This document shows positions 24,345 through 34,715 of a stretch of 64,000 nt of DNA, in pieces (position 1 is the stretch's first letter; each line of letters opens with the position of its first letter). The position numbers were made by a program, and so were the translations under genes. Below the pieces are notes generated by a model, which saw nothing but the letters and a program-made list of their open reading frames with translations, did not search any database and was not told where the DNA came from. Origin of the DNA: a virus; IMG/VR virus record IMGVR_UViG_3300028840_003497, positions 1 through 64,000 of that record; one strand, 5' to 3'.

Positions 24345-25211
24345 CTACCCCTTTGGGGAAAATGGAGCGAGAGTTTCTGCAAACCGCGCCCCTTTGTTCA
24401 ACTCAGTTGCTGTAACACTCTCAACATTGTTTGGCAAATCAAACACACTCTCGCGCCCAGTTATCATGTATTTCAAATATCGCTTCATTAAATCTGGCAT
24501 CGCACTTTTGATCTCCCGCAGAGCCGGTCTCCAATGAGCCACGGATTGTTCTCCGTCATAACCAAACTCTGAACGAAGAATATTGTACCCCACATCTTCA
24601 TGAACTACAACACCCACTGCACCAGGAGTCTTGTCAATGCTCACCCCGCTCACACCAGAACGACGCAAGTCGCTCTCAATCTGTCCACGGTTTACATAAA
24701 TTCGATCGGAGAGAGCCTTTAGCTCGTCCTCACGGGCGTTTCGTGAAATAACCCGAGCATGGATGCGCTCCACAGGAACAGGGACCATGTGAGCGGGCCA
24801 GGGGCCGTACAACATCAGCGTGTTTACCCACTTCGGCGATTGATCCGTTGCCTGAAAATAAAGAGCCTTCCCGTCCATGTCGCCTTTTTCAAGGACGACA
24901 GTCTTGTTGTCGAAGAAGATCGCCACGGCGTCCATGTCGCCCTCGGTTCCAGAAAGAAGCCCGATCCGAAGATGCTCAGCATATGGAAACTGCTTGCTAC
25001 CCATTTTTATATCAGGTGCTCTCCGTGCCACCACATTGCGTACAAATGACGCCATAGACAGCAAAAACAAAATGCGTCCGCGTTCGATCCTTTTTGGAAC
25101 TTTTCGGGTGAGAGTGTTCATCGTATCGACAAACTCGTGCATCCCATAGATCCCCGGGACCGTAGATTCAACTGCCATCTTAGGCTTCTTGTACCGGTAC
25201 CGCTTCGGCAA
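24345..25211 (-). CDS. Putative neck/tail completion protein
   Basis: EFG...HWRPAL motif; position in the head-tail module. Confidence 0.5.
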   Translation of the reverse strand: MPKRYRYKKPKMAVESTVPGIYGMHEFVDTMNTLTRKVPKRIERGRILFLLSMASFVRNVVARRAPDIKMGSKQFPYAEHLRIGLLSGTEGDMDAVAIFFDNKTVVLEKGDMDGKALYFQATDQSPKWVNTLMLYGPWPAHMVPVPVERIHARVISRNAREDELKALSDRIYVNRGQIESDLRRSGVSGVSIDKTPGAVGVVVHEDVGYNILRSEFGYDGEQSVAHWRPALREIKSAMPDLMKRYLKYMITGRESVFDLPNNVESVTATELNKGARFAETLAPFSPKG

Positions 25212-25220
25212 ACTTGCCTC

Positions 25221-25529
25221 CTACTGAAAAAGCTGTGTCACTTTGAAAGTCGTTGTATTCCCATGTCCGGCCCAACCAGGAATCTCTATATACGCCTGCA
25301 ACCGGTATTCGCCCACTTGGTCAAAGTCGTTAATATCCACATAGTATCGAATCTTCGTTGTGTCATACACACTGCCGATCCATCGAACCTGCGTCCCGTC
25401 CGGCTTCGTAACATCAAGCGCCACGAGCGTGGCCTGCGTAATGTCGCTACAGACATCCACAATAATCGCGGTCCCCACATCTCCGACGTAGTAAATATCA
25501 GGCCCACTGCACGAATTATTACAAGTCAT
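25221..25529 (-). CDS. Ig-like virion protein (BppU N-terminal-like)
   Basis: VGDVGT...DIT.AT...KPDGT...DFDQVGEYRLQAY. Confidence 0.6.
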   Translation of the reverse strand: MTCNNSCSGPDIYYVGDVGTAIIVDVCSDITQATLVALDVTKPDGTQVRWIGSVYDTTKIRYYVDINDFDQVGEYRLQAYIEIPGWAGHGNTTTFKVTQLFQ

Positions 25530-25711
25530 TGCATCACCTCCAAATCGATCTTCGAGACGACTGTTGCCGCCATGGAAATCTTAGACACAACGGAAACCTC
25601 ATCATCAAACATAGACGTCATTACAAGATCCATATCCACCCGGGAGGTCCTTTCAATATCGCTGGTCAAAGCCGATATCTTCGATATTAAACACAGTCTG
25701 TCTTCTTCCAT
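25526..25711 (-). CDS. Small hypothetical protein
   Basis: Overlapping packing; repeated V/ISKI. Confidence 0.5.
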   Translation of the reverse strand: MEEDRLCLISKISALTSDIERTSRVDMDLVMTSMFDDEVSVVSKISMAATVVSKIDLEVMQ

Positions 25712-25854
25712 TTCGACACCCTCAATAAGTTCTTTGTGACCCTCGAAACGAGCCGCATCACCTCGCGAAACTGCTCTACCAATTTACTAACGCCGTACCC
25801 TCGCGTAATAATCAGATGATCCTTCCCAAACCCCCTGGTAACAATCCTATGCAT
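25687..25854 (-). CDS. Small hypothetical virion-module protein
   Basis: Repeated IVTRGFG / IITRGYG. Confidence 0.55.
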   Translation of the reverse strand: MHRIVTRGFGKDHLIITRGYGVSKLVEQFREVMRLVSRVTKNLLRVSKWKKTDCV

Positions 25855-25855
25855 G

Positions 25856-26359
25856 CTACGGCTCCCTCCGCTCAAACACGTTCTCATCGGACGGAAGCCC
25901 AGACTGATCGTACAAATTAAAGACCAGCAGCGGTGTCACGCCATCATCGTCGTAAAAGGTCATCTGATTACTCTCTATCTTCCAACGCCCCGTCTCAACT
26001 TTCTTGACTATCTCCAGGTCAGACTGCACCAGCAACAACGTCGACTGCTTGGCGATATCTGTCAATTCACGCACGATTACATCTTCAGGAAGTCTTGCTG
26101 TCACACCATCAACATCTACTACGGCGTACTCCGCGACGTAATTCTCCACTGGAAGCGATGCAGGAGCCCAATCGTATCGCCACTTATTTCCTCCCACATT
26201 GACCAGCGCGACAGGTGCAAGAACCTCCGTCTCAGATCCTCCGTCTATATAGTAGACCCTCACGGTTCCGCTGGTCATATCCAGCTTCTCAGAACCATCT
26301 GGATTTACCGCGTAAAGAATCAGCGGAACTTCGGTCGAATCTGGTTCGAAAAGAATCAT
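25856..26359 (-). CDS. Virion-module protein
   Basis: Beta-rich, with GRWKI..NQMTFYDDDGVTPL. Confidence 0.65.
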   Translation of the reverse strand: MILFEPDSTEVPLILYAVNPDGSEKLDMTSGTVRVYYIDGGSETEVLAPVALVNVGGNKWRYDWAPASLPVENYVAEYAVVDVDGVTARLPEDVIVRELTDIAKQSTLLLVQSDLEIVKKVETGRWKIESNQMTFYDDDGVTPLLVFNLYDQSGLPSDENVFERREP

Positions 26360-26385
26360 GCCAGTTCTAAGCCTTCATGGTGTTA

Positions 26386-26943
26386 TTATTCAACATCAGG
26401 ATCGTCGTAGATTTCCGCAAAATATCTGCCTCTAGCCAGCTTGCCGGGATTCCCGTCTTCATCTTTGTAAGGTACATTGTTCGCTATTCTTACAACCATT
26501 TTGTTCAACTTTGGATTACCTAACAAGTCCACTCCAGCACTGGTCCAAAGAGCAGGAGGATCTGCGAATGCAATATTGTACTGCATATATGGACCCACTG
26601 ATGCCGCCTTGTAATCGATCCGTTGCTTTGCGTGTGATCTGGAAATCCAATCACTCATCGTCACGTAAGACCTAGACACCACCGGGTTGGGGTTTCCAGT
26701 CATGAAAAACTCAATAACGAGTTCCCCTCCATCGTGTATTTTTATCAACTCAGCAAAGTCCAGTTGGATTTCGTTCAATCGCACTACTTTATCGTGATAA
26801 GGACTGCTCTCATTCGTGGGATCTAATGTCCACCTACTGTCGTCTGTGGCTGGCCAACCCTCCGTGTTTGAAAAATCGTGCATACCTATCGTGTCGAATT
26901 TGCATTCCACTGGCAACCCATTCTCTTGTGTTCCTATTCCCAT
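26386..26943 (-). CDS. Hypothetical protein in fibre cluster
   Basis: ORF packing. Confidence 0.65.
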   Translation of the reverse strand: MGIGTQENGLPVECKFDTIGMHDFSNTEGWPATDDSRWTLDPTNESSPYHDKVVRLNEIQLDFAELIKIHDGGELVIEFFMTGNPNPVVSRSYVTMSDWISRSHAKQRIDYKAASVGPYMQYNIAFADPPALWTSAGVDLLGNPKLNKMVVRIANNVPYKDEDGNPGKLARGRYFAEIYDDPDVE

Positions 26944-27440
26944 GACTTAGCCTCCCAATCAAACTCGATTGTAGTTAATCCATTTATCAATGACGCATTC
27001 TTCGAATTGCTCGAAGTTCCTACGGCAGTGACCCTGAAGTCGAAATTTCGTTCTGTTACTTGTACCAGTTCAAACTTTGCCACACCGTCGAACCGGACAT
27101 TTGAAACTGAGATTTTAGGTTCTCCCTTGAACCTAACATCAAACCTTACACGACGCCTGTGTTTCTCCCACCTAGAACCTCTCCTGCCAATCAGTTCAAA
27201 AAATTCACTGCCTGTATCTAGTTGGAAATCGACTACGCCCAAACATTGCGAAACTAAAGCGTCTAATATCGTCTTGTCGTCGTCGCTCAAAGGATCTTCA
27301 AACCAGACCTTAAGCCAATGCTCTTCAGAATGATACGAAATATCCGATACTTCAGTCTGTTCCATCTTAGATATTGATATCGAATGTAACAACATCTCCT
27401 GATTGGGAGCAGACTCTAAATCCTCATATGAGTATTCCAA
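26934..27440 (-). CDS. Fibre-associated protein
   Basis: N-domain paralogous to 29905-30348; C-domain VRF...F...PKI...FDWEA looks like a lectin/fibre tip. Confidence 0.6.
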   Translation of the reverse strand: MEYSYEDLESAPNQEMLLHSISISKMEQTEVSDISYHSEEHWLKVWFEDPLSDDDKTILDALVSQCLGVVDFQLDTGSEFFELIGRRGSRWEKHRRRVRFDVRFKGEPKISVSNVRFDGVAKFELVQVTERNFDFRVTAVGTSSNSKNASLINGLTTIEFDWEAKSWE

Positions 27441-27448
27441 AATGCCTC

Positions 27449-29899
27449 CTAATAGCTATTCGTACAGACCAAAGTTGCGGAATAAATATTTCCAGTCAGA
27501 CTAACATGCTTAACCATCAACTCCATGTAATCCCCAACCTCCAGATCAATACCTGACAGCGGTAAGGTAATAGCTTGATCCTCATTACCGTAATTGCCCG
27601 TCCGTATTCGAGTGCCTGGAATCTCTGTAGTGCCGTTTTTCCTCCACCATGCCTCCACATTCCACGTATACCCGCCTGTGGAATCAATGTTTATCATCCC
27701 TACAAAATGGTAATGATCCTTGTACTCAACTTCCACTCTGCTTGGATTGGGAGTGACAGCCCAACTCACAATATCTGGATTGTCGTCATAGTCTTGGTTG
27801 TCCCAAGGAATTGCAGCACCAGCTCCACTGAAATTAGTAGCTGCCCACGTTGCCGCTCTCCTCAATTGGAAATGGTTCTCCAGCGTTGATATACGTACCC
27901 ATACAGACCCTAACGACCCGTTGGCACACCCGAGCATGATGGACCCACCAGTATTCTTTATCGTTGCATTCGCCAACCCATCCAGACTCTTGCCATCGAA
28001 ATCAACATGAACATGGTACCCGTCTCCACCAAAATTGCCGATATACAAACGCCTTAACAACCCATCTGCATAGGGCAATCCAGCGGGATCTGGAAGTGTA
28101 ATGGTCACGTCCTCCGTTGTGAATGTGCCTGTAAGGGAATCCCCCTCAAACCACAACACCTTCCCATCGTCGGTCCCGTCTGTGTATGGGGAAATCAAAG
28201 CAGTCGTAGTAGACAGCCGACACCGAACTCCTCTGAATGGATAACCAGCAACTCCTGGAGTTACCAGTGCCCACACTGACCCGTTGTAAACGACCAATGC
28301 TCCAGCCGTCACAGCAACAGACCCAGATGTGATAGTGCCTGAGTCAGTGACGACATACGAATCGTTTGCAGTTGGTGTCAGTCCGTTGATCGTAGCGACC
28401 GTCGCGTTCCCAACTAATCCTGTGAGCGAGATACTGGTATTGCAAAAAATACACGAACCATGAGCAAACAAATCTGCCCATGACGGTTCCCAGTCTTCGC
28501 ATATCAGTTCGTTGTACCTAAGAATCGGAAGTGGCTCATCCTCCCACTCGCTCGTATTGTCATTGAAAAACAGCTTCGCACCACCAGCAGGAGCATTCGC
28601 ATCGACGTCTCCAACGTCCTTCAGATTGTCTACCGTACTTCCACCAGTTCCACTACGGTCAATGTACTCAATGAGAAGCCGCTGGGTATACGCAAGCGTT
28701 TCCTCGTCTGGCTCGGTAGGTACTGTATCGTAAACAGTAAGACGTATTTTGTCTCCTTCACTGAATTGGAACAATCCAACGCCCGTAATCGACGTAGACA
28801 ACTCGTTCGACGTATCCTCTCGAACATACCCACCCATTTTATCCGGCTGGGCTACAAAGCCGCTGCCCGTGTCTATCTGGATATTAAGAACTGGATTTCC
28901 CCTGATTCCACCACTAGCACTCTGACAACCAACGGTCATCATCGCTGTGATCTTGTACCAGCCATCTTCTTGAATCTCTACTTCGCCTGGATTTACTGTT
29001 GTGCTGTGAACATAATAGTCGTCTTTTATCGACTCGTAATTCAGAGGGATGGCCTGTGCTACATTAGTGACAGTCAATCCTCCTTCGGTATCCACACCCT
29101 GAAAAAGCTTGGAAATATTACCTCCAGAGCTTGGAGTCTCCATTGTCAGACCACCAGCCCCGTCTGACGTAGGAACCTGTCCAGACGTTCCATCTGTCCC
29201 AAAATCCTCTACTAAATTTTCGTCAGAACCATCTTTCTCGTGTAGCTCATGATGTGTCCCCTCAACCATGCCTCCATAGTCGTTAAAAACAGGAACACGA
29301 CCGGCAGTTGCACCTTCTACATAGTTGTCAAAATTGAACGTAGTGTTAGGAGTATCCCAATCATCTGCCCAAACCCCACCACCATGAACCACAACCCAGG
29401 TGTTATCTCCAACGAACATAATAGAGATTCTAGACATACCCTGTTCTGTTTCCAACTCAGTCACACCATCAGAGTTGGGAAGGACTAACCCGTCTGATTC
29501 GTTATCAAACTCTATCCTCACCCTTTGGATCGGAGTATCCGGTGTTGACGCTACGGAACAAAACCACCCTATCTCTGGAGTGTCTGGCATCGTAAATACA
29601 ACAGGATCATCAACCCCTCCTCCAGTCCCTACAAAGAAATATCCAATCTGATCCTCTGTCACTAATATGGAGGCATCAGACGGGTACGGAACTTTAGGAG
29701 ATTCGATACCACCTCCAACCTGTATCCATGTCGGAGTAGTTGCTGTTAGCATCCATATGGAATTGTCGTCTAGTTGCCGTGCGAACTTCCCCACATCTCC
29801 AGCAACAAAACCAGAAGCACCCGTCCTAGCAGCTGCATTTGCATAGCTCCAATTGTACGGAATATGGATTGCGCCTACTGTTGATTCACTATGTTTCAT
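27449..29899 (-). CDS. Fibre protein (816 aa) with two C1q/TNF-like beta-sandwich domains
   Basis: Gly/Thr-rich; GWYKITA...FSEGDKIRL and HYHFVG...LEVGDYMEL. Confidence 0.75.
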   Translation of the reverse strand: MKHSESTVGAIHIPYNWSYANAAARTGASGFVAGDVGKFARQLDDNSIWMLTATTPTWIQVGGGIESPKVPYPSDASILVTEDQIGYFFVGTGGGVDDPVVFTMPDTPEIGWFCSVASTPDTPIQRVRIEFDNESDGLVLPNSDGVTELETEQGMSRISIMFVGDNTWVVVHGGGVWADDWDTPNTTFNFDNYVEGATAGRVPVFNDYGGMVEGTHHELHEKDGSDENLVEDFGTDGTSGQVPTSDGAGGLTMETPSSGGNISKLFQGVDTEGGLTVTNVAQAIPLNYESIKDDYYVHSTTVNPGEVEIQEDGWYKITAMMTVGCQSASGGIRGNPVLNIQIDTGSGFVAQPDKMGGYVREDTSNELSTSITGVGLFQFSEGDKIRLTVYDTVPTEPDEETLAYTQRLLIEYIDRSGTGGSTVDNLKDVGDVDANAPAGGAKLFFNDNTSEWEDEPLPILRYNELICEDWEPSWADLFAHGSCIFCNTSISLTGLVGNATVATINGLTPTANDSYVVTDSGTITSGSVAVTAGALVVYNGSVWALVTPGVAGYPFRGVRCRLSTTTALISPYTDGTDDGKVLWFEGDSLTGTFTTEDVTITLPDPAGLPYADGLLRRLYIGNFGGDGYHVHVDFDGKSLDGLANATIKNTGGSIMLGCANGSLGSVWVRISTLENHFQLRRAATWAATNFSGAGAAIPWDNQDYDDNPDIVSWAVTPNPSRVEVEYKDHYHFVGMINIDSTGGYTWNVEAWWRKNGTTEIPGTRIRTGNYGNEDQAITLPLSGIDLEVGDYMELMVKHVSLTGNIYSATLVCTNSY

Positions 29900-29904
29900 T
29901 TACC

Positions 29905-30348
29905 TCACCCATTCACCAAAACATTGCCTTGGTTATCGTCGGACAACATTGCTCCAGTATTGTCGTCTACTAGAATACTATCGGCATTTAAACCAACACC
30001 ATACCCTATCGGTGAAAATTTAAGTCCTGTAATGTTTACAGCCGGTCCCCCGCATTCGGGACACACTGTCGGACAAACAGCTGCAATGACGTCATACCAC
30101 GTATCGCAATTGTCACACCAAATCCGGTAGTCGTGCATTGTCAGCGCAACATGATCAGAAATGACCGTAGCCAGAGTAGTCTGCTCAGAAGGACTCAAGT
30201 CGTTAAAGAAAGTTACTGTGAGATTGTCTACAGGCTTATCGTAATAAGTAATCCCATCCAACTCAGGAACAATATCCGAAGACTGGATCTCCGTCACCAA
30301 CTGAGGGATAGCAACAGGTGTTTTCGAATATGGCCCGTAACTGCTCAT
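29905..30348 (-). CDS. Fibre-associated protein with Zn ribbon
   Basis: CDNC...CPTVCPEC. Confidence 0.65.
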   Translation of the reverse strand: MSSYGPYSKTPVAIPQLVTEIQSSDIVPELDGITYYDKPVDNLTVTFFNDLSPSEQTTLATVISDHVALTMHDYRIWCDNCDTWYDVIAAVCPTVCPECGGPAVNITGLKFSPIGYGVGLNADSILVDDNTGAMLSDDNQGNVLVNG

Positions 30349-31952
30349 CCAACTCTCCAGAATTCAATACGTGTGTTTCTCAACTTAGATGTCTCAGTGT
30401 TCTTTTCGGACTTCCAATCTATATCAATAAAATGATCTCCCTCGCTCAACGTTACAAAATAAAAACCTGTTACCGTATTCCAGTCTGCGGGATCTTTAGG
30501 CTCTATGCTCAACTCCACCACTGTCGTAGTGTCGTCTGCCTCCAGCCTGATACTAATAGACCTAGCTGTAGAACTGTATTGCCATTCGGTCTGAAAACCA
30601 ACACGGTAAGTCCCCTCTGGAAGACCTCCTAGGTCAAGTCGTAATTTCTGTTGGTATGTTGTCGAAGTCGTTGACGACGTAGTGGCATCTGAATCGTATG
30701 CCAACTGCGTGCCGAAAGGTTTGACCCCTTCTGCTGCTATTCCTATTGACGCTCTCTGAACGCCTCTCCAATCAACATAATCCTTTCCAGCAATACTCAC
30801 TATCCTTGCATTCACGCTATTTGTATAAGAATCGTCACACTCGAACAGAACAGACCCAAGAGGCGTCGTTTCTGCAAACGGAAACCCGTCTCCGATAATT
30901 TCGTCCAACTCCGAAGCAGCTCCAAACTGGGCGCTAAAATAAGCGATGTAGCTATTTCGGCCTTGTATTGCTATCACCGGGTAATCGATATCATTGGTAG
31001 CAAACAAGTGCATCAACATGTAGTTCTCGTCTGGAACTTCAGTTTGTTGCCAGGTACTTCCTGTCCACTCGTTGAACGCTGGTCTGTTTCCCCCTCCACC
31101 TCCATAAATACGTAGAGGGAAATTCGTCGGGGTATACCGCAACCAGTCTGCACCGCTTCCACTGAAATAAAAAACGGGTATTTGAGCAGGAGCAGCGTCA
31201 ACCGCTATGGAATGTCTTAAATCCTCATCCCGAATGACGCCTGTCGCATAACCCAACTGAGCATGAGTATCAGAACTCCCATCTTCATCTGCAAGTATTC
31301 CAGTAAGATCTAACCCACTGATCCAAGACGTACCCATAGATAGATGAAAATGTATGTGTGTCTCGCCATCCATCGTGATACCATGCCGCTCGTCACCAAT
31401 GTATATGGCTTCAGCCATCGACACCGACCAGTAAATAACCGCAACATAAGCATAAGAATAGATGATAGCAGGATCGAATATCGTGGTTTCTACCAAAACG
31501 TCCCCATCGAAATAGATGTAATGAAAACCCTCGACGTTCGAAATCACCACCGTCTTCGCAGACGTTATTTCATACATCACACCGGACAAAAAATAGATAA
31601 AATCAGAGCTTACAGGTTCAATAGTGAAAGTACGTGACGCATCTACAAAAGAGATCGTGGATAAAGTGCGATCTGGAAAACCTGTTGGCTCTCCGGTGGA
31701 TTGACTATATGCCCTCTTCAGTCTCTCAAGAGAAACTTCATCCTCGATCACTTTGTCAATGAAAGTCAGATTGTCGGAGGCGTCACGACTAACAATAACA
31801 TCTTCATCATTTGATGAATCATTCTGAAACGTGACGCCCCTGACATCTGGATAATCTTCGTTGGGATCGGCCTCGGTTGGAAAGGCATCGTCCTGTGTCC
31901 CACCTGTTGCGGGACTTTCTAGCTTCATTGGACGAATACGATCAACGGCCAT
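30345..31952 (-). CDS. Fibre protein (535 aa)
   Basis: Beta-rich; C-terminal STTSTTYQQKL...GTYRV...LSEGDHFIDIDW sandwich. Confidence 0.7.
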   Translation of the reverse strand: MAVDRIRPMKLESPATGGTQDDAFPTEADPNEDYPDVRGVTFQNDSSNDEDVIVSRDASDNLTFIDKVIEDEVSLERLKRAYSQSTGEPTGFPDRTLSTISFVDASRTFTIEPVSSDFIYFLSGVMYEITSAKTVVISNVEGFHYIYFDGDVLVETTIFDPAIIYSYAYVAVIYWSVSMAEAIYIGDERHGITMDGETHIHFHLSMGTSWISGLDLTGILADEDGSSDTHAQLGYATGVIRDEDLRHSIAVDAAPAQIPVFYFSGSGADWLRYTPTNFPLRIYGGGGGNRPAFNEWTGSTWQQTEVPDENYMLMHLFATNDIDYPVIAIQGRNSYIAYFSAQFGAASELDEIIGDGFPFAETTPLGSVLFECDDSYTNSVNARIVSIAGKDYVDWRGVQRASIGIAAEGVKPFGTQLAYDSDATTSSTTSTTYQQKLRLDLGGLPEGTYRVGFQTEWQYSSTARSISIRLEADDTTTVVELSIEPKDPADWNTVTGFYFVTLSEGDHFIDIDWKSEKNTETSKLRNTRIEFWRVG

Positions 31953-31975
31953 TTCCTATCCCAATCCACCTCGGC

Positions 31976-33430
31976 CTAGCTTGCGCGACGACCAAAGTCC
32001 ATGATGTTGACATCGAGTTCTGTAGCTGAAGCTGCGAAACCTACACGGATAAATCGACCCGGCCTCGGTACGGAGCCGTGAACCACCAGAGCACCTGCCG
32101 CACCCAGGTAATACGCTGTCCTCTGCGTCAGCCCTGTCAGGCCAGAACAGAGTCCGCACTTGACAACCTCTGCATCGGAACCGGCACCGGCACCCACTCT
32201 GGCAACACCAATAATCTGCGAGGTGTAGTCCGCACTATTGTCTCCGTGCTCGATCTCGTCAGCCGTGTCACTCCAGCAAACTGCCCTGCTAGTCGTGACA
32301 GCCGTCTTGCAAGTGTGCGTGTCCTCTACCTTCGGAGCCTCAGTTGAAGGCTGCGAAGCATGTGTATGCAGAGAGTCAGCGTTGGATGCCGAACCAGCAG
32401 TTAATGTGTCCAGATTAGGAGCCGTGACCTGCCCCGTGCCAGCGTCATCGTAGTGAGTTGCGACATCATTGATCTTGAAGTCTTCGGGCAGACCCACAAC
32501 CTTCAGACCGTCCGCATCAACATCCAACGTGTCTGGAGTATCGTCGATCTCGATCTCGATACCAGAAGCACCCAGCACAAGACCGTGAGCGCCGTCCACC
32601 TTCGCTTGGAGCGTCTTATCTGGAGTAGTCCCCGCCAATTCCAGTCCCGGATTGGACGCCGACAACTCTACAGCCACGTAATCCGACGCCTCGGTAATAC
32701 CATCACCGAAGTTAACTCCGATGGTATTGCCAGCCTTGTACAGACCGGGGCCAGCCGTAATGTTTCCAGCTCCCGTGAACTGGACCCACACACCGGAGGG
32801 AACGGTTCCGTCAAATACGAATCCGTCGTTCTCCCAGTACGCGCCCTCTCCATTTACCAGAACACCGTTGCCGTCCACTGCATCGCCAGTATCAGCACCT
32901 GTCAAGGTCGTACCGTCGAAGTCCATGATCTTGCCGTCGTCAGTAGCATCTGTATATGGAGAAACCAGAGCCGTTGCTGTTGACAAGATGACTCGGGTCG
33001 TGTCAGGAGGAAAGCCTCCAACTGCGTCTACGACCAGCACCCAATTGGTTCCATCGAACTCTACGATGTCACCAACTGTGACTGCAACCGAACCGGCAGT
33101 AAGAGTACCCGAGTCAGTCACAACATAAGCATCTGCCGCTGCGGGTGTCAGCGCGTTAATCGCCGCAACCGCGAGGTTTCCAACCAGACCATTGACTGCC
33201 ACAGGCTCCTTCCATCGGATTCCAGCCGCAATGTTGTCAACGTAGTTCTTGTTGACAGCATCCGTGCCAGCACTCGGTATATCTGGAACACCAGTGATCT
33301 TGTTGCTCCCCATTGCCAAGTTGCCAGCGCCGATGGTGACTCCGTACATCGTGAAGGTGTCAGACGTTAAATCCTGCTCCTCTGGATAGGAATAGTTGTC
33401 GTCCATGTAAAGTGCTCTGCGTTCAGTCAT
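31976..33430 (-). CDS. Fibre protein (484 aa), probably head/neck fibre
   Basis: KITGV..P...TDAVNKNYVD, W.QFTGAG..TAG.GL shaft repeats, ADSLHTH and a capsid-cement-like C-domain. Confidence 0.75.
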   Translation of the reverse strand: MTERRALYMDDNYSYPEEQDLTSDTFTMYGVTIGAGNLAMGSNKITGVPDIPSAGTDAVNKNYVDNIAAGIRWKEPVAVNGLVGNLAVAAINALTPAAADAYVVTDSGTLTAGSVAVTVGDIVEFDGTNWVLVVDAVGGFPPDTTRVILSTATALVSPYTDATDDGKIMDFDGTTLTGADTGDAVDGNGVLVNGEGAYWENDGFVFDGTVPSGVWVQFTGAGNITAGPGLYKAGNTIGVNFGDGITEASDYVAVELSASNPGLELAGTTPDKTLQAKVDGAHGLVLGASGIEIEIDDTPDTLDVDADGLKVVGLPEDFKINDVATHYDDAGTGQVTAPNLDTLTAGSASNADSLHTHASQPSTEAPKVEDTHTCKTAVTTSRAVCWSDTADEIEHGDNSADYTSQIIGVARVGAGAGSDAEVVKCGLCSGLTGLTQRTAYYLGAAGALVVHGSVPRPGRFIRVGFAASATELDVNIMDFGRRAS

Positions 33431-33453
33431 TGTTCTCTCCTCTTCTCAGGATG

Positions 33454-33867
33454 CTACTCTTCGGGCGTAGGCTCGTCGGGCAGCGGGTTATACACCAGAT
33501 ATCCATCTGGCTCGATAGAATAGTCCTTCAGGGCAATACCAAGCCCACTCTCCAAATCTGAAATGAACTGATTGTGCTCCTGTTTTATTTTCTGCAAACT
33601 GTCATTCGTAGACCGTATACGTGCCTTGATCGCAGCCATCTGATTCCTGTACTCAGCGGTTATAGCATCACCCTTCAGCCGAAGGTTCTCTGCAACCACC
33701 TGCTGCATCTGACCACGCGCCTCAAACAGATCCAGACTCTTCATCTGAACCTCTGTCAGAGAGATCTCTTTTGGAGCCACGCTCTCTTTTGGACCCGCAC
33801 TCTCTTTCAAGGCTTTCACAATCTTTTTCTTCGTTGTCTTTTTCGTCTTCGCTTTCGACATAATCAT
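33454..33867 (-). CDS. Coiled-coil hypothetical protein
   Basis: AAGGAG RBS; heptad pattern. Confidence 0.65.
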   Translation of the reverse strand: MIMSKAKTKKTTKKKIVKALKESAGPKESVAPKEISLTEVQMKSLDLFEARGQMQQVVAENLRLKGDAITAEYRNQMAAIKARIRSTNDSLQKIKQEHNQFISDLESGLGIALKDYSIEPDGYLVYNPLPDEPTPEE

Positions 33868-33880
33868 CTCCTTTTTCAGC

Positions 33881-34300
33881 TTACAGCTTTCTCAACACCA
33901 TCCACGATTCCCCTGTCAAGCGTAACACGTTAGACGCCGTTGGGAATCCCATTTTTTGAACCCATACATTAGAACCAACCGACGGGACAGGAGCCGGATT
34001 AACCAGCCCCCCATCATCGCCAACATAATAATCATCATCCACTTGTAACCCGCTAAATATATCAGAAACATCTCCAACTACTCTCATTATACCAGTAGTA
34101 GGTGTCTGCTTACTAATCAAAATTCCAATCCCAGGCATAAAAATCCTGTCGGTTGGCTGCGCCTTTGTCACCCTCCACCGTCCAGCTAACGTCTGCACAT
34201 CTCTGATGCACATTATATTGCCAACAGCATCCGTCACCAAGCACGCGACACGAACGTCGGAACTGAATGGGCTGGTGCCGAATTTCCCGATGAGCGACAT
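33881..34300 (-). CDS. Capsid-cement-like protein
   Basis: GL...YYVG..GGLV...MGF, similar to the C-terminus of 31976-33430. Confidence 0.55.
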   Translation of the reverse strand: MSLIGKFGTSPFSSDVRVACLVTDAVGNIMCIRDVQTLAGRWRVTKAQPTDRIFMPGIGILISKQTPTTGIMRVVGDVSDIFSGLQVDDDYYVGDDGGLVNPAPVPSVGSNVWVQKMGFPTASNVLRLTGESWMVLRKL

Positions 34301-34312
34301 CAGTCAACTCCA

Positions 34313-34714
34313 TCAGTTCTGTTCGCCGAACAGCGGGATTCGTTTCTCCTCGAATGTCCTCACCACCCGGGGGTTACTCAACTGGTCACGCAAGATATCC
34401 ATGCAAGTCTTGTCTGCATGCTTACGATTTTTGCACACGCCTACCATCCCCTTACCGTGGATCGCGACGCAGGCATCCGGCTCACCTCCACAGATGTAAC
34501 AAAAACTATCAAGATGCCCCTTCATTGGCCCCTCATACTCAGGGAATGCCATCCCCTGCATCGGTCCACCGCATGGCCTCGCGGACTGGCATCTATACGA
34601 ACTTGAGTTCGCATCGTCATGTCCTCTTGCATTCCAGTACTTCAGACACCACGCACAAACTGCACTTATTCCGTTTTTTTTGATCTCCAACTCAACCTTC
34701 ATCTTATCCAGCAT
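34313..34714 (-). CDS. Cys-rich putative Zn-binding protein
   Basis: CAWC, C....CGGP and CYIC; start revised to MLDKMK. Confidence 0.65.
   Translation of the reverse strand: MLDKMKVELEIKKNGISAVCAWCLKYWNARGHDDANSSSYRCQSARPCGGPMQGMAFPEYEGPMKGHLDSFCYICGGEPDACVAIHGKGMVGVCKNRKHADKTCMDILRDQLSNPRVVRTFEEKRIPLFGEQN
34597..34612. repeat. 16-bp palindrome copy 6 (ACGAACTTGAGTTCGC)
   Basis: Intragenic. Confidence 0.8.
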
Positions 34715-34715
34715 A

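Noticed and set aside
27449-33430. Diversity-generating retroelement acting on the fibres
   Set aside because: No reverse transcriptase in the window; the duplicated module is diverged at many positions rather than only at adenines.
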